Below are positions 9,924 to 20,216 of a stretch of DNA of 64,000 bases, one piece after another. The stretch lies in NCBI GenBank assembly GCA_965222605.1, contig OZ244960.1, positions 3,232,001 to 3,296,000 of the forward strand, in the 5' to 3' direction. The notes beneath the pieces are model-generated. The model was given only the letters and a program-made list of their open reading frames with translations, was not told the origin of the DNA and ran no database searches. Every line of letters begins with the position of its first letter. Positions within the stretch are counted from its first letter, which is position 1. This stretch comes from Candidatus Latescibacterota bacterium (GTDB lineage: Bacteria; Latescibacterota; UBA2968). Position numbers and translations under genes: made by a program.

Positions 9924-10157
9924 TTAGTTGACGTCAGCACAAGTCTGACAAATATATGTTACTACCCGGCCGTGCAGACGAATACGGGTGAGTTTAATCT
10001 CTCCTTCTCGCTGTTTGCACTGCGCGCACGGACGGTCTAATTTGGGGGAGGTAAGGGCCGCGCAGGTATCACAGCGATAAAGGACGCGTTTTTTTCCGTT
10101 TTCGATATGCGTTTGCGCTTTTGTTGCCGGAACTTTGCCACATTGTTCGCAAATCAA
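9924..10157 (-). CDS. Small Cys-rich protein with two McsA-N-like CxxC...CxxC modules
   Basis: CEQC...CDTC and CAQC...CQTC; GAGG RBS before TTG start. Confidence 0.6.
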   Translation of the reverse strand: MICEQCGKVPATKAQTHIENGKKRVLYRCDTCAALTSPKLDRPCAQCKQREGEIKLTRIRLHGRVVTYICQTCADVN

Positions 10158-10346
10158 TGGCGTAACCTCGCGTTTTGAGATGCCCGCGCTCCGTTTGTTT
10201 ATAACCCCGAAAAATTTAATGCCTGTATAAAAAAAGTCAAGGTATTTTAGTAAATTATTGTTTTATCAAGATCTTAAAAAAAGATATAAGCTATTAAAAT
10301 ACGCACTTGTCAACAGAAAGCCTTATCTTTATACTATCGAGGTATT

Positions 10347-10958
10347 ATGAACGAGCAAATTTATGGTCTTGTGCTGGCCGCGGGTATGGCGCGGCGCATG
10401 GGGTCAACCAAACAGTTGTTGCCTTTTGGCGATAGAACGATTCTTCAAACGGTGGTCGATACACTACACGGTGCTGATCTGGCTGGTGTCGCGGTGGTTT
10501 TGGGACACGATGCAGATGCTGTGCGGAAGAGTTTGCACGGTCGGCCCGTGCTGTGTTGTGTGAATGACGCCTACCGCGAGGGGATGTTTTCCAGTGTTCT
10601 TTGCGGCCTACGCCATTTGCCTGCAGATGCAGATGCCGTGCTTATCGCTCTTGGCGATCAGCCTCAGATTGAATTGCGCGTTGTTCAGGCTGTGGTGCAG
10701 GCATACCGCGAAGGCGACCGGGGTATTGTGATTCCCATATCGGGTGGGAAGCGCGGGCATCCGGTGCTGATCAATTTGTCGCGTTACCGGGGCGAGATTT
10801 TGGAGCTTTCAGGAGATGAGGGTCTCAAGCCGGTTATGCGCGGACACTCGCACGACACACTGGAGGTGCCGGTAGATGACGAGGGAATTTTGCGGGATTT
10901 GGATACGCCAGAAGATTATCGATCTGAGATTGAGAGGCGGAGAACAAGTGGAGAATAG
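10347..10958 (+). CDS. MocA/MobA-like nucleotidyltransferase (molybdenum cofactor cytidylyltransferase family)
   Basis: LAAGMARRMG.TKQLL, GMFSS, LGDQP, RGHPV and DLDTPEDY motifs. Confidence 0.88.
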   Translation: MNEQIYGLVLAAGMARRMGSTKQLLPFGDRTILQTVVDTLHGADLAGVAVVLGHDADAVRKSLHGRPVLCCVNDAYREGMFSSVLCGLRHLPADADAVLIALGDQPQIELRVVQAVVQAYREGDRGIVIPISGGKRGHPVLINLSRYRGEILELSGDEGLKPVMRGHSHDTLEVPVDDEGILRDLDTPEDYRSEIERRRTSGE

Positions 10959-10961
10959 CAG

Positions 10962-12011
10962 ATGTTAACAAAAGATGTCGAGAGTGCATTAAAAAAAGGG
11001 CAGGTGATTCCCGCACATCCATTGGCGCTGACTGCCCAGCGGAAGTTGGATGATCGGCGGCAGCAGGCGTTGTCGCGCTATTATATTGCAGCTGGTGCGG
11101 GGGGATTGGCCGTGGGTGTGCATACGACGCAATTTGAAATCCGCGATCCCGAATGGGATTTGTATCGGCCCGTTTTGGAGTTGGCAACGTGTGTGATGGA
11201 TGCCGATGCGCCGGCTGATTTTATCCGCGTGGCAGGCATTGTGGGCAATACGCGACAGGCGGTATCAGAAGCAGAAATAGCGCGTGATTGCGGTTATCAG
11301 ATCGGGTTGGTGAGTTTGCGCGCTTTTGCCAATGCGGGTGTGGATGCGATGGTTGCACACTGCCGTGCCGTGGCCGATGTGATTCCGGTGATGGGGTTTT
11401 ATCTGCAACCGGCTGTGGGAGGGTGTGTATTGCCGTTTGATTTTTGGCGGCGTTTTGCAGAGATTGAGTCTGTGGTGGGTATTAAGATCGCGCCTTTTAA
11501 TCGGTATCAGACGCTGGATGTGATTCGCGGGGTTGTGGCTGCGGGACGGGTAGAGGATATTGCGCTATATACGGGCAATGACGACAATATTGTGATGGAT
11601 TTGTTGACGACGCACCGGTTTGTGTGCGATGGCGCGTGTGTGGATGTGCGTATTGTGGGTGGGCTTTTGGGGCACTGGGCGGTGTGGACAAAGCGGGCGG
11701 TGGAAATATTGAGGAAGTGTCACAAAATAGCCCAATTGGGTGCTGTGCCGCAGGAAATGCTCACGCGGGCGATTGAGGTGACAGATTGCAATGCGGCGTT
11801 TTTTGATGTGCCCAATGCGTTTCACGGGTGTATTGCCGGCGTTCACGAGGTGTTGCGAAGGCAGGGGCTTCTCGAGGGTATCTGGTGTCTAAATCCCGAA
11901 GAGGGTCTGTCGCCGGGACAAGCGGAGGAGATCTATCGCGTGTATGCTGCTTATCCGCATTTGAATGACGACGCATTTGTGGCGGAACATTTGGATGCGT
12001 GGTTGCAGTGA
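10962..12011 (+). CDS. Dihydrodipicolinate synthase-family (class I aldolase) protein
   Basis: GVHTTQF, GFYLQP, GIKIAPF (Schiff-base Lys) and YTGNDD motifs. Confidence 0.82.
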   Translation: MLTKDVESALKKGQVIPAHPLALTAQRKLDDRRQQALSRYYIAAGAGGLAVGVHTTQFEIRDPEWDLYRPVLELATCVMDADAPADFIRVAGIVGNTRQAVSEAEIARDCGYQIGLVSLRAFANAGVDAMVAHCRAVADVIPVMGFYLQPAVGGCVLPFDFWRRFAEIESVVGIKIAPFNRYQTLDVIRGVVAAGRVEDIALYTGNDDNIVMDLLTTHRFVCDGACVDVRIVGGLLGHWAVWTKRAVEILRKCHKIAQLGAVPQEMLTRAIEVTDCNAAFFDVPNAFHGCIAGVHEVLRRQGLLEGIWCLNPEEGLSPGQAEEIYRVYAAYPHLNDDAFVAEHLDAWLQ

Positions 12012-12124
12012 GGTGAGGGATGAATTTTGTTGACTTGCAATGTGTCGCTGTGCATGATGAGTGGGCTGGGAATAAAATAGAAGCTCGATAATGGTAATTT
12101 TTAACTGATTGAAGGAGGTTTGCC

Positions 12125-13534
12125 GTGAAGATGCATATTGGTGGTCAATGGGTGGATAAGTCCGAGAAGATCGATGTGATCAATCCATTTGACAATTCGG
12201 TGGTGGATACGGTGCCAAAAGGCGATGCCGTAGATGCAGAGGTGGCGATTGCGACAGCCGTGCGAGGGGCCAAAGCGATGGCGGCTTTGACGGCTTATGA
12301 GCGGTATGAAATTTTGCATAGAGCCGTGAATTTGATGCATGAACGGGTTGAGGATTTGGGGCGCACGATTACGCTGGAAGAGGGCAAGGTTCTGGCTGAG
12401 GGCATCGGCGAAGCCAGGCGGGCGATTGAGACGATGACGCTGTCTGCGGAGGAGTCCAAGCGGTTGTACGGCGAGACTATTCCGCTGGATGGTGGTTCGG
12501 GGGTGCGCGATCAGTTTGGTTTTACCCTGCGCGTGCCGTGTGGGGTGGTGCTGGCGATTACGCCGTTTAATTTTCCCCTGAATCTGGTGTGCCATAAGGT
12601 GGGACCTGCACTGGCTGCGGGCAATGCGGTGATTGTGAAGCCAGCAACAGATACGCCGCTTTCGGCGCTGAAGCTGGTGGAGATATTGGTGGAGGCCGGT
12701 GTGCCTGCCGAGGCGGTGCAGTGTATTACGGGACCGGGGGGCGATTTGGGCAATGCGCTGTGTTCGGATAGCCGCGTGCGCAAGATCAGTTTTACGGGTA
12801 GCCGCGATGTGGGCGAGACGATTTGCAACGTGGCGGGGTTGAAGAAGGTGACGATGGAGTTGGGTTCTAACGCGCCTTTGATTGTGATGCCCGATGCGGA
12901 TTTGGATCAGGTGGCTGCTGCGACGGCAGCATCGGGTTTTGCCAATGCCGGGCAGGTGTGTATTTCGGCGCAGCGGGTGATTGTAAATGATGCGGTTTAT
13001 GGCGATTTTATCGATGCGTTGACGCCAAAGGTCGAGGCGCTGACAACGGGCAATCCCATTGCTGATGGCGTGACAATGGGGCCGATGGTGAGGGAGCGCG
13101 ATGCCGAGCGCGTGCAAGCGTGGATTCAGGATGCGGTGGGGGCTGGTGCGCGTCTTGTGACGGGCGGCGAGCGCGATGGTGCGATTTATCAACCGACGAT
13201 TCTTGCGGATGTGGATCCGAGTATGAAAATTTCATGCGATGAATTGTTTGGGCCTGCGGTGGGTATTACGCGGTTTGACGATATTGACGCGGCTATTGCG
13301 ATGGCTAATGATACGAATTACGGTTTGAGTGCTGCGTTGTTTACAGAGAATATCCACTGGGCGATGCGGTTTGCGCGGGAGGTTCATTCGGGCAATATCC
13401 ACGTCAATTGGGGTACGCAATGGCGTGCGGATTTGATGCCCTACGGTGGGCTGAAGGATAGTGGGATGGGCAAGGAGGGTCCGAAGTACGCGGTGGAAGA
13501 GATGACGGAAACAAAGATGGTGGTGTTTCATTAA
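12125..13534 (+). CDS. Aldehyde dehydrogenase family protein
   Basis: ITPFNFP, FTGS, MELGSN, GQVCIS, ELFGP and GMGKEG motifs; GGAGG RBS before GTG. Confidence 0.95.
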   Translation: MKMHIGGQWVDKSEKIDVINPFDNSVVDTVPKGDAVDAEVAIATAVRGAKAMAALTAYERYEILHRAVNLMHERVEDLGRTITLEEGKVLAEGIGEARRAIETMTLSAEESKRLYGETIPLDGGSGVRDQFGFTLRVPCGVVLAITPFNFPLNLVCHKVGPALAAGNAVIVKPATDTPLSALKLVEILVEAGVPAEAVQCITGPGGDLGNALCSDSRVRKISFTGSRDVGETICNVAGLKKVTMELGSNAPLIVMPDADLDQVAAATAASGFANAGQVCISAQRVIVNDAVYGDFIDALTPKVEALTTGNPIADGVTMGPMVRERDAERVQAWIQDAVGAGARLVTGGERDGAIYQPTILADVDPSMKISCDELFGPAVGITRFDDIDAAIAMANDTNYGLSAALFTENIHWAMRFAREVHSGNIHVNWGTQWRADLMPYGGLKDSGMGKEGPKYAVEEMTETKMVVFH

Positions 13535-13552
13535 AGTTGTCTATAAGGTACG

Positions 13553-13586
13553 AAAAAACGGCTTCTCAATTGAGAAGCCGTTTTTT
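13553..13586. terminator. Bidirectional intrinsic terminator
   Basis: Perfect palindrome aaaaaacggcttctcaa/ttgagaagccgtttttt between convergent genes. Confidence 0.9.
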
Positions 13587-15128
13587 TTACCAATTCTCCA
13601 CGAGTCCAGCATAAGGCGCGTGTTCAAATCGGCAGGGCGATTCGACGAGGCGCGGGTCGTTTTGTTCGCGCAGGATTTGCATGAGTGCGGTGGAGAGTTC
13701 TTTGCGGATGGGGTCGTATTCGGGGTCGTCGGCGATGTTGTTCAGGTAGTGCGGATCAACGCGCAGGTCGTAGAGTTCTTCACGCGGGCGTTTGCCAAAG
13801 CCAATTTCGAATAGTTCTTGTACGTCTTTTTCTGCGCGGTGGTGAATCATATAGGCTTTTGTTGGGCTGGCATCCATGTCGGGATAGGCGACGCGGGTGT
13901 TCCATGTCAGGTCTTCAGCAGAAGGGGCTTCTGCATGCAGATCGTCGAGTCCTTGTGGATCGCCCATGGGCCAGCGGTCGGGTGCAAAGTTGTGGATGTA
14001 GAGAAAGTTGCCAGTGCGGATGGCGCGTTGCGGATAGGGCAGTTGGCCTTCTCTTGCGGTGCCAACGTGCCGTTCTCGGCCGGTGATGACAAAGGTGCGG
14101 TTGGGGTCAACCAGACCGCTTTGGTCGCTTTTGAGAACGGGGAGCAGGTTTTTGCCGGTCATGGTATTGGGGATGTTTACGCCTGCGGCTTCGAGGAATG
14201 TGGGGGCGAGGTCCATGAGGTTGACAAAGTCGTCAACGGTGCGTCCCGCGGGGATGTTGTTGGGCCAGCGTGCGGCAAGGACGACTTCGCAGCCGATGTC
14301 GTAGAGGTTGCATTTGCCGCGTGGAAAGCCCGGTATGCCGTGGTCGCCGCTGACGACGATGAGGGTGTTGTCGAGTTCGCCGATTTCTTCGAGGCGCTGG
14401 ATCAAGACGCCCAGGCCGGCGTCAACGGCCTGACATTCGCCCAGGTAGTCGCATACGTCTTCGCGGATGTCGTGTACATCGGGCAAGAAGTCGGGTAAGC
14501 GGCCTTTGAGGTCGTCGGGTTCCAGGTCCCATAAGGCTTTGCCCGAGCCGCGTTCCCAAGTGCGGTGGGTGTTAGTGGGGCCCCACCAGTAGCAGAAGGG
14601 TGTGTTTTGGGGACGGGCGTCGAGGAATGAATTGAAGTTGTCGCGGGTTTCGTTCAGGAGGGCTTGTTTGGCACCTTCAACGCCCAATTCACCGGCGTTT
14701 TTGGTTACCCAGTGCGAGAATCCCCGATAGTTGGTGCCTGCGGATTCATAGCGGGTTCGGTCGGCGCCATAAGGGGCATTGGCGGCTTTTCCGGGTGACC
14801 AGACTTTGTAGGTGTAGCCGATGTGGTATCCCGCTTTTTCGAGTTCGAGGGGGTAAGTGGGGATGCTTTCGTCCCATATCGCACCTTGCAAGATCGCGCC
14901 GAGGCCGGTTTGCCAGAAGTATTGTCCAGAGAGGATGGAGCTTCGGCAGGGGGTGCAACTCGGCGCGGGTACAAAGGCGTTGGTGAATAATGCGCCTTCG
15001 CGGGCTATGCGATCAAAGTTGGGGGTGTCGATGAGCTGGTTGAGCGAGTTGGGGCCTTCAATGCGCTGATAAGCGCTGGCGTAACGCCCCCAGTCGTCGG
15101 CAAATGCAAAGAGGATGTTGGGTTGCAT
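13587..15128 (-). CDS. Sulfatase (Cys-type, formylglycine-dependent)
   Basis: PNILFAFADD start, CTPCR signature, GDHG, GKCNLYD and ELYDL; GGAG RBS before ATG 15128. Confidence 0.93.
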   Translation of the reverse strand: MQPNILFAFADDWGRYASAYQRIEGPNSLNQLIDTPNFDRIAREGALFTNAFVPAPSCTPCRSSILSGQYFWQTGLGAILQGAIWDESIPTYPLELEKAGYHIGYTYKVWSPGKAANAPYGADRTRYESAGTNYRGFSHWVTKNAGELGVEGAKQALLNETRDNFNSFLDARPQNTPFCYWWGPTNTHRTWERGSGKALWDLEPDDLKGRLPDFLPDVHDIREDVCDYLGECQAVDAGLGVLIQRLEEIGELDNTLIVVSGDHGIPGFPRGKCNLYDIGCEVVLAARWPNNIPAGRTVDDFVNLMDLAPTFLEAAGVNIPNTMTGKNLLPVLKSDQSGLVDPNRTFVITGRERHVGTAREGQLPYPQRAIRTGNFLYIHNFAPDRWPMGDPQGLDDLHAEAPSAEDLTWNTRVAYPDMDASPTKAYMIHHRAEKDVQELFEIGFGKRPREELYDLRVDPHYLNNIADDPEYDPIRKELSTALMQILREQNDPRLVESPCRFEHAPYAGLVENW

Positions 15129-15205
15129 GAATTTCTCCGTATAGATGAAGAGGTGATTGCTTAAAAACCATAAGGAACTACAGATAGAAGGATATTTAAA
15201 CAAAG

Positions 15206-15245
15206 AAAAACGCCGCGCTGGTATGACCAAGCGGGGCGTTTTTTT
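15206..15245. terminator. Intrinsic terminator downstream of the DUF5131 operon
   Basis: aaaaacgccgcgct...agcggggcgttttttt hairpin flanked by A/T tracts. Confidence 0.65.
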
Positions 15246-15331
15246 AGAGAGCACCCCAGACACGCATCAAGGTAAAAGAGAACACTTTATCTCTTTAACA
15301 CTTCATTAGGATGAGCTTAGCCAGAGGTCGT

Positions 15332-16099
15332 TTAGAATAATGATGTCTGTGAGGTCTGTTCTTGATAGGACGACAGGCTGGAAGAACGAGAGAAGACAGG
15401 AGGCATTTCGTTCCATTCCCGACCTTCCAATAACCGTCCAGCCTTTTTTTTATTTGTACCTCCCCATTGTTTAAAAAAGAACGGGACCTTAGCATCTAAG
15501 CACTGATCTCGGATATTGATAACCCATTCCTCTTTCATGATACGGCTGCGTGGTCCCGATTCACCTCCGACAATCACCCAATTAATCTGGTTGAGTTCCA
15601 AATTATCAATAGGCCCGAGAAGTGGTTCTATCGAAAGAAATTTGATAAAGGCATTGGTCGTTCTGAGGCAATCAATACGCCAAGTGTAATCACAATTCTC
15701 GACGCTAACACCCATCCAAACATTATTGGGCCAATCGATGAACTCAGAAACTTGCTGCAGGCGGTCTGCTCGTTTGGAGAGTATCTGAAACTCATGCCAG
15801 TGAGCCCTTCTCATTACATCGAAGCACTTCTGGATAAAGGAGATAGGCACATCTTCGTGAAACATATCGCTCATAGAATTTACAAAAACGATTCGTGGCT
15901 TCTTCCACTTCAGTGGCAGTTCTAACATATGCTCGTGAAGCGCGAGGTCGAATCCATTTTTGTAGTTCCGATTGCTCATTGCCTGCAAGCGTTTTGCCAT
16001 CCTTTCAGCATAGCAAAATTTACAACCAGGGCTGATCTTGGTACATCCGGTTAAAGGATTCCAAGTCGCCTCAGTCCACTCGATCTTTGATTTTGTCAT
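15332..16099 (-). CDS. DUF5131 / phage Gp37-Gp68 family protein (three-Cys motif, radical-SAM-like)
   Basis: [28 protein letters not shown] (Cx6Cx2C), [23 protein letters not shown] and FFFKQWGG. Confidence 0.93.
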   Translation of the reverse strand: MTKSKIEWTEATWNPLTGCTKISPGCKFCYAERMAKRLQAMSNRNYKNGFDLALHEHMLELPLKWKKPRIVFVNSMSDMFHEDVPISFIQKCFDVMRRAHWHEFQILSKRADRLQQVSEFIDWPNNVWMGVSVENCDYTWRIDCLRTTNAFIKFLSIEPLLGPIDNLELNQINWVIVGGESGPRSRIMKEEWVINIRDQCLDAKVPFFFKQWGGTNKKKAGRLLEGREWNEMPPVFSRSSSLSSYQEQTSQTSLF

Positions 16100-16939
16100 T
16101 ACATAGCTCCCCTCTATTGTGAAAAAATATCTTCGACAATATTCGCTGCAACCGGCTGCTGTGAAGCAAAAAAGAGGTAGTAAAGCGTTGCATCTGTCGA
16201 ATTTTTAAAGGGGAGGGGGACGGTACATATTGGAAACCGGCTTTGTTTTTGAGTCGATCTTGAAACGCACGGGCAACAATGTCATTATCGGCAACTTTTT
16301 CGATTGCATTATTATCGAAAAGATGAATCTGTTGTGACTCGGAATAAACAATATCACGCCAAGACTCATCGCCCCAAAAGGCATTCATCCGATTGATATT
16401 GTTTTGTGAAACTTTTTCGGGATGTCGCCAAAATACATTTCGATTCATGTCCATTGTGGGGAAGTTCAGAAATATTTCTACACTTTTCATTTGACCAGCT
16501 TGTAAAATAACCTCCCAATTTAAATCCAGTTTGTAGGGATCCAGAAGGCAGAGTGCTCTTCGATAGTCTTTATATTGTACTTCGGGGAAAATACGATTTA
16601 TCAATAAGTTGTTACAGTCTCCATTGCTAATATGGACACGATCATGGTTTTGGGCAAGGTCTTCTAAAATGTCTGTTTTATTGCTGTCCATATCAATGAA
16701 GTAGTAATCATCAAAGCGTGTTCGGTTTCAAGGGCTATCCAAGGACTACCTTGTATAACTCGACCTTTGTCTGTTTTAGAAAGGTGAAAACCTGGTCCTG
16801 AGAAAGCATCGATGTAGGCATGGGAAAGATTGTCTTGTTTGGATAATATCACGGAATATGCACTTGCATATTTCTGAATAATCTCCAGCTTTATTTCTGA
16901 CCAAAAGCCGATTTCATCTATGTTTTCAAATTCTGCCAT
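16099..16939 (-). pseudogene. tcmP: Three-Cys-motif partner protein TcmP, disrupted
   Basis: WSEIKL..Y, YIDAFSGPG, GSP, GDCN, LLDPY, NFP, FWG and YYLFFAS motifs spread over three frames: frameshifts near 16717 and 16205 and an in-frame TAG at 16114-16116; original TAA overlaps the next ATG (TAATG at 16097-16101). Confidence 0.85.
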
Positions 16940-16961
16940 GGTGTTTCGTTTTTCATAATCA

Positions 16962-17699
16962 TCACGTACCGTCAGACGAATTAAATTGAACAATCTTCTT
17001 CCATAAAATTTGTCCTTCCGAATCACAAAAGGCTTGCATAAACTCCATAGTAAATTTGTTGACGACCTTACTGTACTCATTCAAAAACTGATCATTCTTT
17101 TCTTTCGCTTTATGCCCAAGCGGCTCAATAATCTCAGTATATAAAGACTCATTTCCCGAAATAAATGACCAAAACTGCTGTCCGCACAATTTGAGGTAAT
17201 CTCCTTTATTTGGCCGACTTTCTCTGCCATAGCAACATCCATTGACGGCCACTATATTTGTATAATAAACATTACCTCCCAAAATCCTTTTGGCTTTACT
17301 GAAATTATCCCGCATCTTTCCAATTTGACTGCTATTTCCCCAGTTTGGGCCAGATTTGATAGAGACGATATATTTTGTTTGATCTCGTTCAAACTCCAGA
17401 TCAATTCCTTCTGCCGAGGACTTTCTTCCGCCAAATACTTGATTACAGACAAAAATAGCCAGATCTTCCAGGAATCCTCCAAATAATCCTTCTTCTGAAG
17501 AAGACAAAAAGGCGTCCAGAATATTTTTAATGAGATCACCTGCGGTAGTGATGTTTTTGGCCTTAAATAGATAGGGATTTTTTCGTTTGAGAACGCTTTC
17601 CAGCTTTAGTGTCTCAAGCTTTTCCAGGCGGTTTTGATGAAACCGAGGAATATTGAATTCAACATACTCAACAATTTCATGCTGTGTGATGGGTTTCAT
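16962..17699 (-). CDS. Type II restriction endonuclease, PmeII-like
   Basis: KRKNPYLF, SSEEGLFGGFLE, GIDLEF, SIKSGPNWGNS (PD-D/ExK variant) and CGQ.FW; overlaps the 3' end of the MTase gene. Confidence 0.82.
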   Translation of the reverse strand: MKPITQHEIVEYVEFNIPRFHQNRLEKLETLKLESVLKRKNPYLFKAKNITTAGDLIKNILDAFLSSSEEGLFGGFLEDLAIFVCNQVFGGRKSSAEGIDLEFERDQTKYIVSIKSGPNWGNSSQIGKMRDNFSKAKRILGGNVYYTNIVAVNGCCYGRESRPNKGDYLKLCGQQFWSFISGNESLYTEIIEPLGHKAKEKNDQFLNEYSKVVNKFTMEFMQAFCDSEGQILWKKIVQFNSSDGT

Positions 17700-18588
17700 A
17701 GGAGGCTTTTTCTTCAAAAAGAGTGTATTGTTCTGGCGTAACATTTTTTTTTGCCAGTTTATAGTTTTCCGGCAAAATTTCAATTCCCATCGAGTTTCTA
17801 CCCATTTCAAGAGCTACCTGACACGTTGTACCGGAACCCACAAATGGATCGAGTACCCAATCGCGCTCTTGCGTAAAGAGTTTTATAAACCATTCGGGCA
17901 GTGTTTTGGGGAATGCCGCGCTGTGATTTTTATTTTGGCATTCTGTTGCCAGATGAAGGACATTGGTCGGATAAACTTTATCTCGTCCCTGCCAGTTGGA
18001 TACATTTTTTCCAAACCCACTTTGCGCTTTGGATTCATCTCGGGTTTTGTCTGTCGCACTCAAGTTTCTCAACCGGGCGTCTGCCCAATCGCCCACCGGC
18101 ACCATGACTGCCTCTTGATACATATTAATTTTTTTATTTTTATTAAATTGCAAGCAGCGTTCCCACGCATCGCGAAACCTATTGGGCCATTTTCCAGGAT
18201 AACAATTTTTTTTGTGCCATATAAATTCTTCTGTCCATAACCATCCTTGTTCTCTCATCCCCAGAATCAACTTCAATACATAAGTATGTCGCTCACCGTT
18301 GATTGCTTTCTCTTTAATATTTAAAATAAATGTTCCCGTAGGTTTCAGAACTCTGAGCATTTCTTGTGTTCTGGGCAAAAACCACTCGACGTACTTATCT
18401 GGCTTAATCCCGCCATAGGTATTTGCTCGACTATCGGCATAGGGGGGAGAAGTGACAATCAAATCAAATCGGTTGTCTGGGATTTCTGAAAGCACTTTCA
18501 GACAGTCTCCGAGACGAATATCTGTCTCAATTTTTTGACCTGCTATCTCAGTCATGCTCGAATTACTCGCCTTCATACACCGCTTCAT
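17677..18588 (-). CDS. Site-specific DNA methyltransferase, beta class (N4-C/N6-A)
   Basis: TSPPY (motif IV) N-terminal, HSAAFP, and DPFVGSGTT (motif I) C-terminal; GGGAG RBS. Confidence 0.93.
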   Translation of the reverse strand: MKRCMKASNSSMTEIAGQKIETDIRLGDCLKVLSEIPDNRFDLIVTSPPYADSRANTYGGIKPDKYVEWFLPRTQEMLRVLKPTGTFILNIKEKAINGERHTYVLKLILGMREQGWLWTEEFIWHKKNCYPGKWPNRFRDAWERCLQFNKNKKINMYQEAVMVPVGDWADARLRNLSATDKTRDESKAQSGFGKNVSNWQGRDKVYPTNVLHLATECQNKNHSAAFPKTLPEWFIKLFTQERDWVLDPFVGSGTTCQVALEMGRNSMGIEILPENYKLAKKNVTPEQYTLFEEKASYETHHTA

Positions 18589-18706
18589 AGAAATCTCCCT
18601 AATTCATGTATTTTTTTAGATTTTTTAGGGGTACAATACCCTCCCTATCGTTGATATACTCACACAATGTCGATTTGTCAACCTTAGATCCGATCTTTGT
18701 TTTTTA

Positions 18707-20050
18707 TTATAGAGCGTATTCAGCCGCGTTTTCGCCCGCGATGAGGCCATACGCGAGGCCCATGCACAAGCCGCCTGTGTAGCCGCGGGTGTAAATGCCC
18801 CCACAATCGGCACCGGCTGCGTAGAGGCCGGGGATGGGGCGGTCGTTTTTGTCTAGGACTTGCGCTTTGGCATTGACTTTGGCTCCGCCGTAGGTAAAGG
18901 TGATGCCGGGCAGTGTGCGGATGGCGTAATAGGGCGGTGTGTTGAGGGGGATGAGGCCGCCGGATTTTGGTACTGAGAGGGTTTGGCCGTTGCCGGTGGC
19001 GCATGCGGCTGCGTATTCGGCCATTGTTTTTTCGAAGGTGTGGGCGGGGATGTGCCAGCGATTGGTCAATGCGCGGGCGAGTTCTTGAAGGGAGGCTGTT
19101 TCGATGACTTCGCCGCCTGCTTCGCGGATGTTTTTGACGCGGTCGTTGTCCGGGGTGGGCCATTGGGAGAGTGCGTTCTGGTTGTCGCGGATGTGCTGGT
19201 CAAAGACGAGTATGGCGGTGGCCTGGGGTTGTTGGACGAGGGTGTGGCAGGTGACTTCGTCGCCTAAGTATTCGTCGTCGAATCGCTCGCCTTTGAGGTT
19301 GATCAATACGGCGTATTCGCTGAAGTCGGGTTTGACTTTGAGGAAGTTGTGCAATCCGACTTGCGCGGGCGGTGCCGGGAGGAGGTGGCCGTAGAAGCGG
19401 TTTAATGGTCCGACGGGTTGCGCCCCTGCTTCGAGTGCGCTTTGAAATCCTCCGCCGGTGTTTTGGGGTACGGCGCGGACGATCATGTGATCGGATTCTG
19501 TGCCGAAATATTGCGCGCGCAATTTGGGGTTGCCCTGATATCCGCCGGTTGATAGGATGACGGATTGGGCTGTTATTTCTGAATGTGTGGTTTGTACGCC
19601 TGTGATGGGTTTGCCGTTGCCGCCGATGAGGCAGGTCAGGCTGGTGTGTGTGAGGATGGTGCCGCCTCTGTGTTGGAACTGATAGCCGAGGATTTCCATT
19701 GCGGTGCGGACGTCGGGCATGAATTGGTAGATGGTGCGTTGAAATTTGTAGGGGTTTGGTTCGTCGCGCGCTTGCAGGGATACGCCCTGTTTGAGAAGCC
19801 ATTCGATGCCTGTGTAGAAGTGGTCGATGAGCGCGTTGCCGAGTTCTGTATCGCCATTGGGCTGCACTTTGAGCCATTCGTCTATGTTTGATGCACACCA
19901 GATGGTCCCGCCCGATGCGGCCGCGGAGCCACCGATTGTTTCGGCTTTTTCGATGATGGCAACAGACGCGCCTTTTTCCCGAGCACGCAGCGCCGCACAC
20001 AATCCGCCAATGCCCGCTCCGGCTACTATGACGTCGTAATGGTCAGACAT
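18707..20050 (-). CDS. FAD-dependent oxidoreductase (flavocytochrome c / TcuA-like)
   Basis: GAGIGG FAD motif, GGSAAASGG, STGGY, GERFDDE, TFTYGG and IPGLYAAG. Confidence 0.85.
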   Translation of the reverse strand: MSDHYDVIVAGAGIGGLCAALRAREKGASVAIIEKAETIGGSAAASGGTIWCASNIDEWLKVQPNGDTELGNALIDHFYTGIEWLLKQGVSLQARDEPNPYKFQRTIYQFMPDVRTAMEILGYQFQHRGGTILTHTSLTCLIGGNGKPITGVQTTHSEITAQSVILSTGGYQGNPKLRAQYFGTESDHMIVRAVPQNTGGGFQSALEAGAQPVGPLNRFYGHLLPAPPAQVGLHNFLKVKPDFSEYAVLINLKGERFDDEYLGDEVTCHTLVQQPQATAILVFDQHIRDNQNALSQWPTPDNDRVKNIREAGGEVIETASLQELARALTNRWHIPAHTFEKTMAEYAAACATGNGQTLSVPKSGGLIPLNTPPYYAIRTLPGITFTYGGAKVNAKAQVLDKNDRPIPGLYAAGADCGGIYTRGYTGGLCMGLAYGLIAGENAAEYAL

Positions 20051-20121
20051 TATGTTTCTCCTGTGAATTATTCAACGCAAGACGCATCCTAATACAGTTT
20101 ACACCCGCTGTCAAGGCAAAG

Positions 20122-20162
20122 AAAAGAGGAGGTGACATGTTGTGATGTCACCTCCTCTTTTT
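20122..20162. terminator. Stem-loop / probable terminator
   Basis: aaaagaggaggtgacat-gttgtg-atgtcacctcctctttt long perfect inverted repeat. Confidence 0.75.
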
Positions 20163-20216
20163 GTATATTTATTGTATTCTTTTAGAAAAAAAATATTTCG
20201 CCGTTGTCTAATGTGA

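Noticed and set aside
12101-13192. Long antisense ORFs, e.g. 363 aa opposite the ALDH gene, 328 aa opposite floA, and others opposite groEL, secA and ribBA
   Set aside because: Shadow frames of well-conserved genes; no motifs or RBS.
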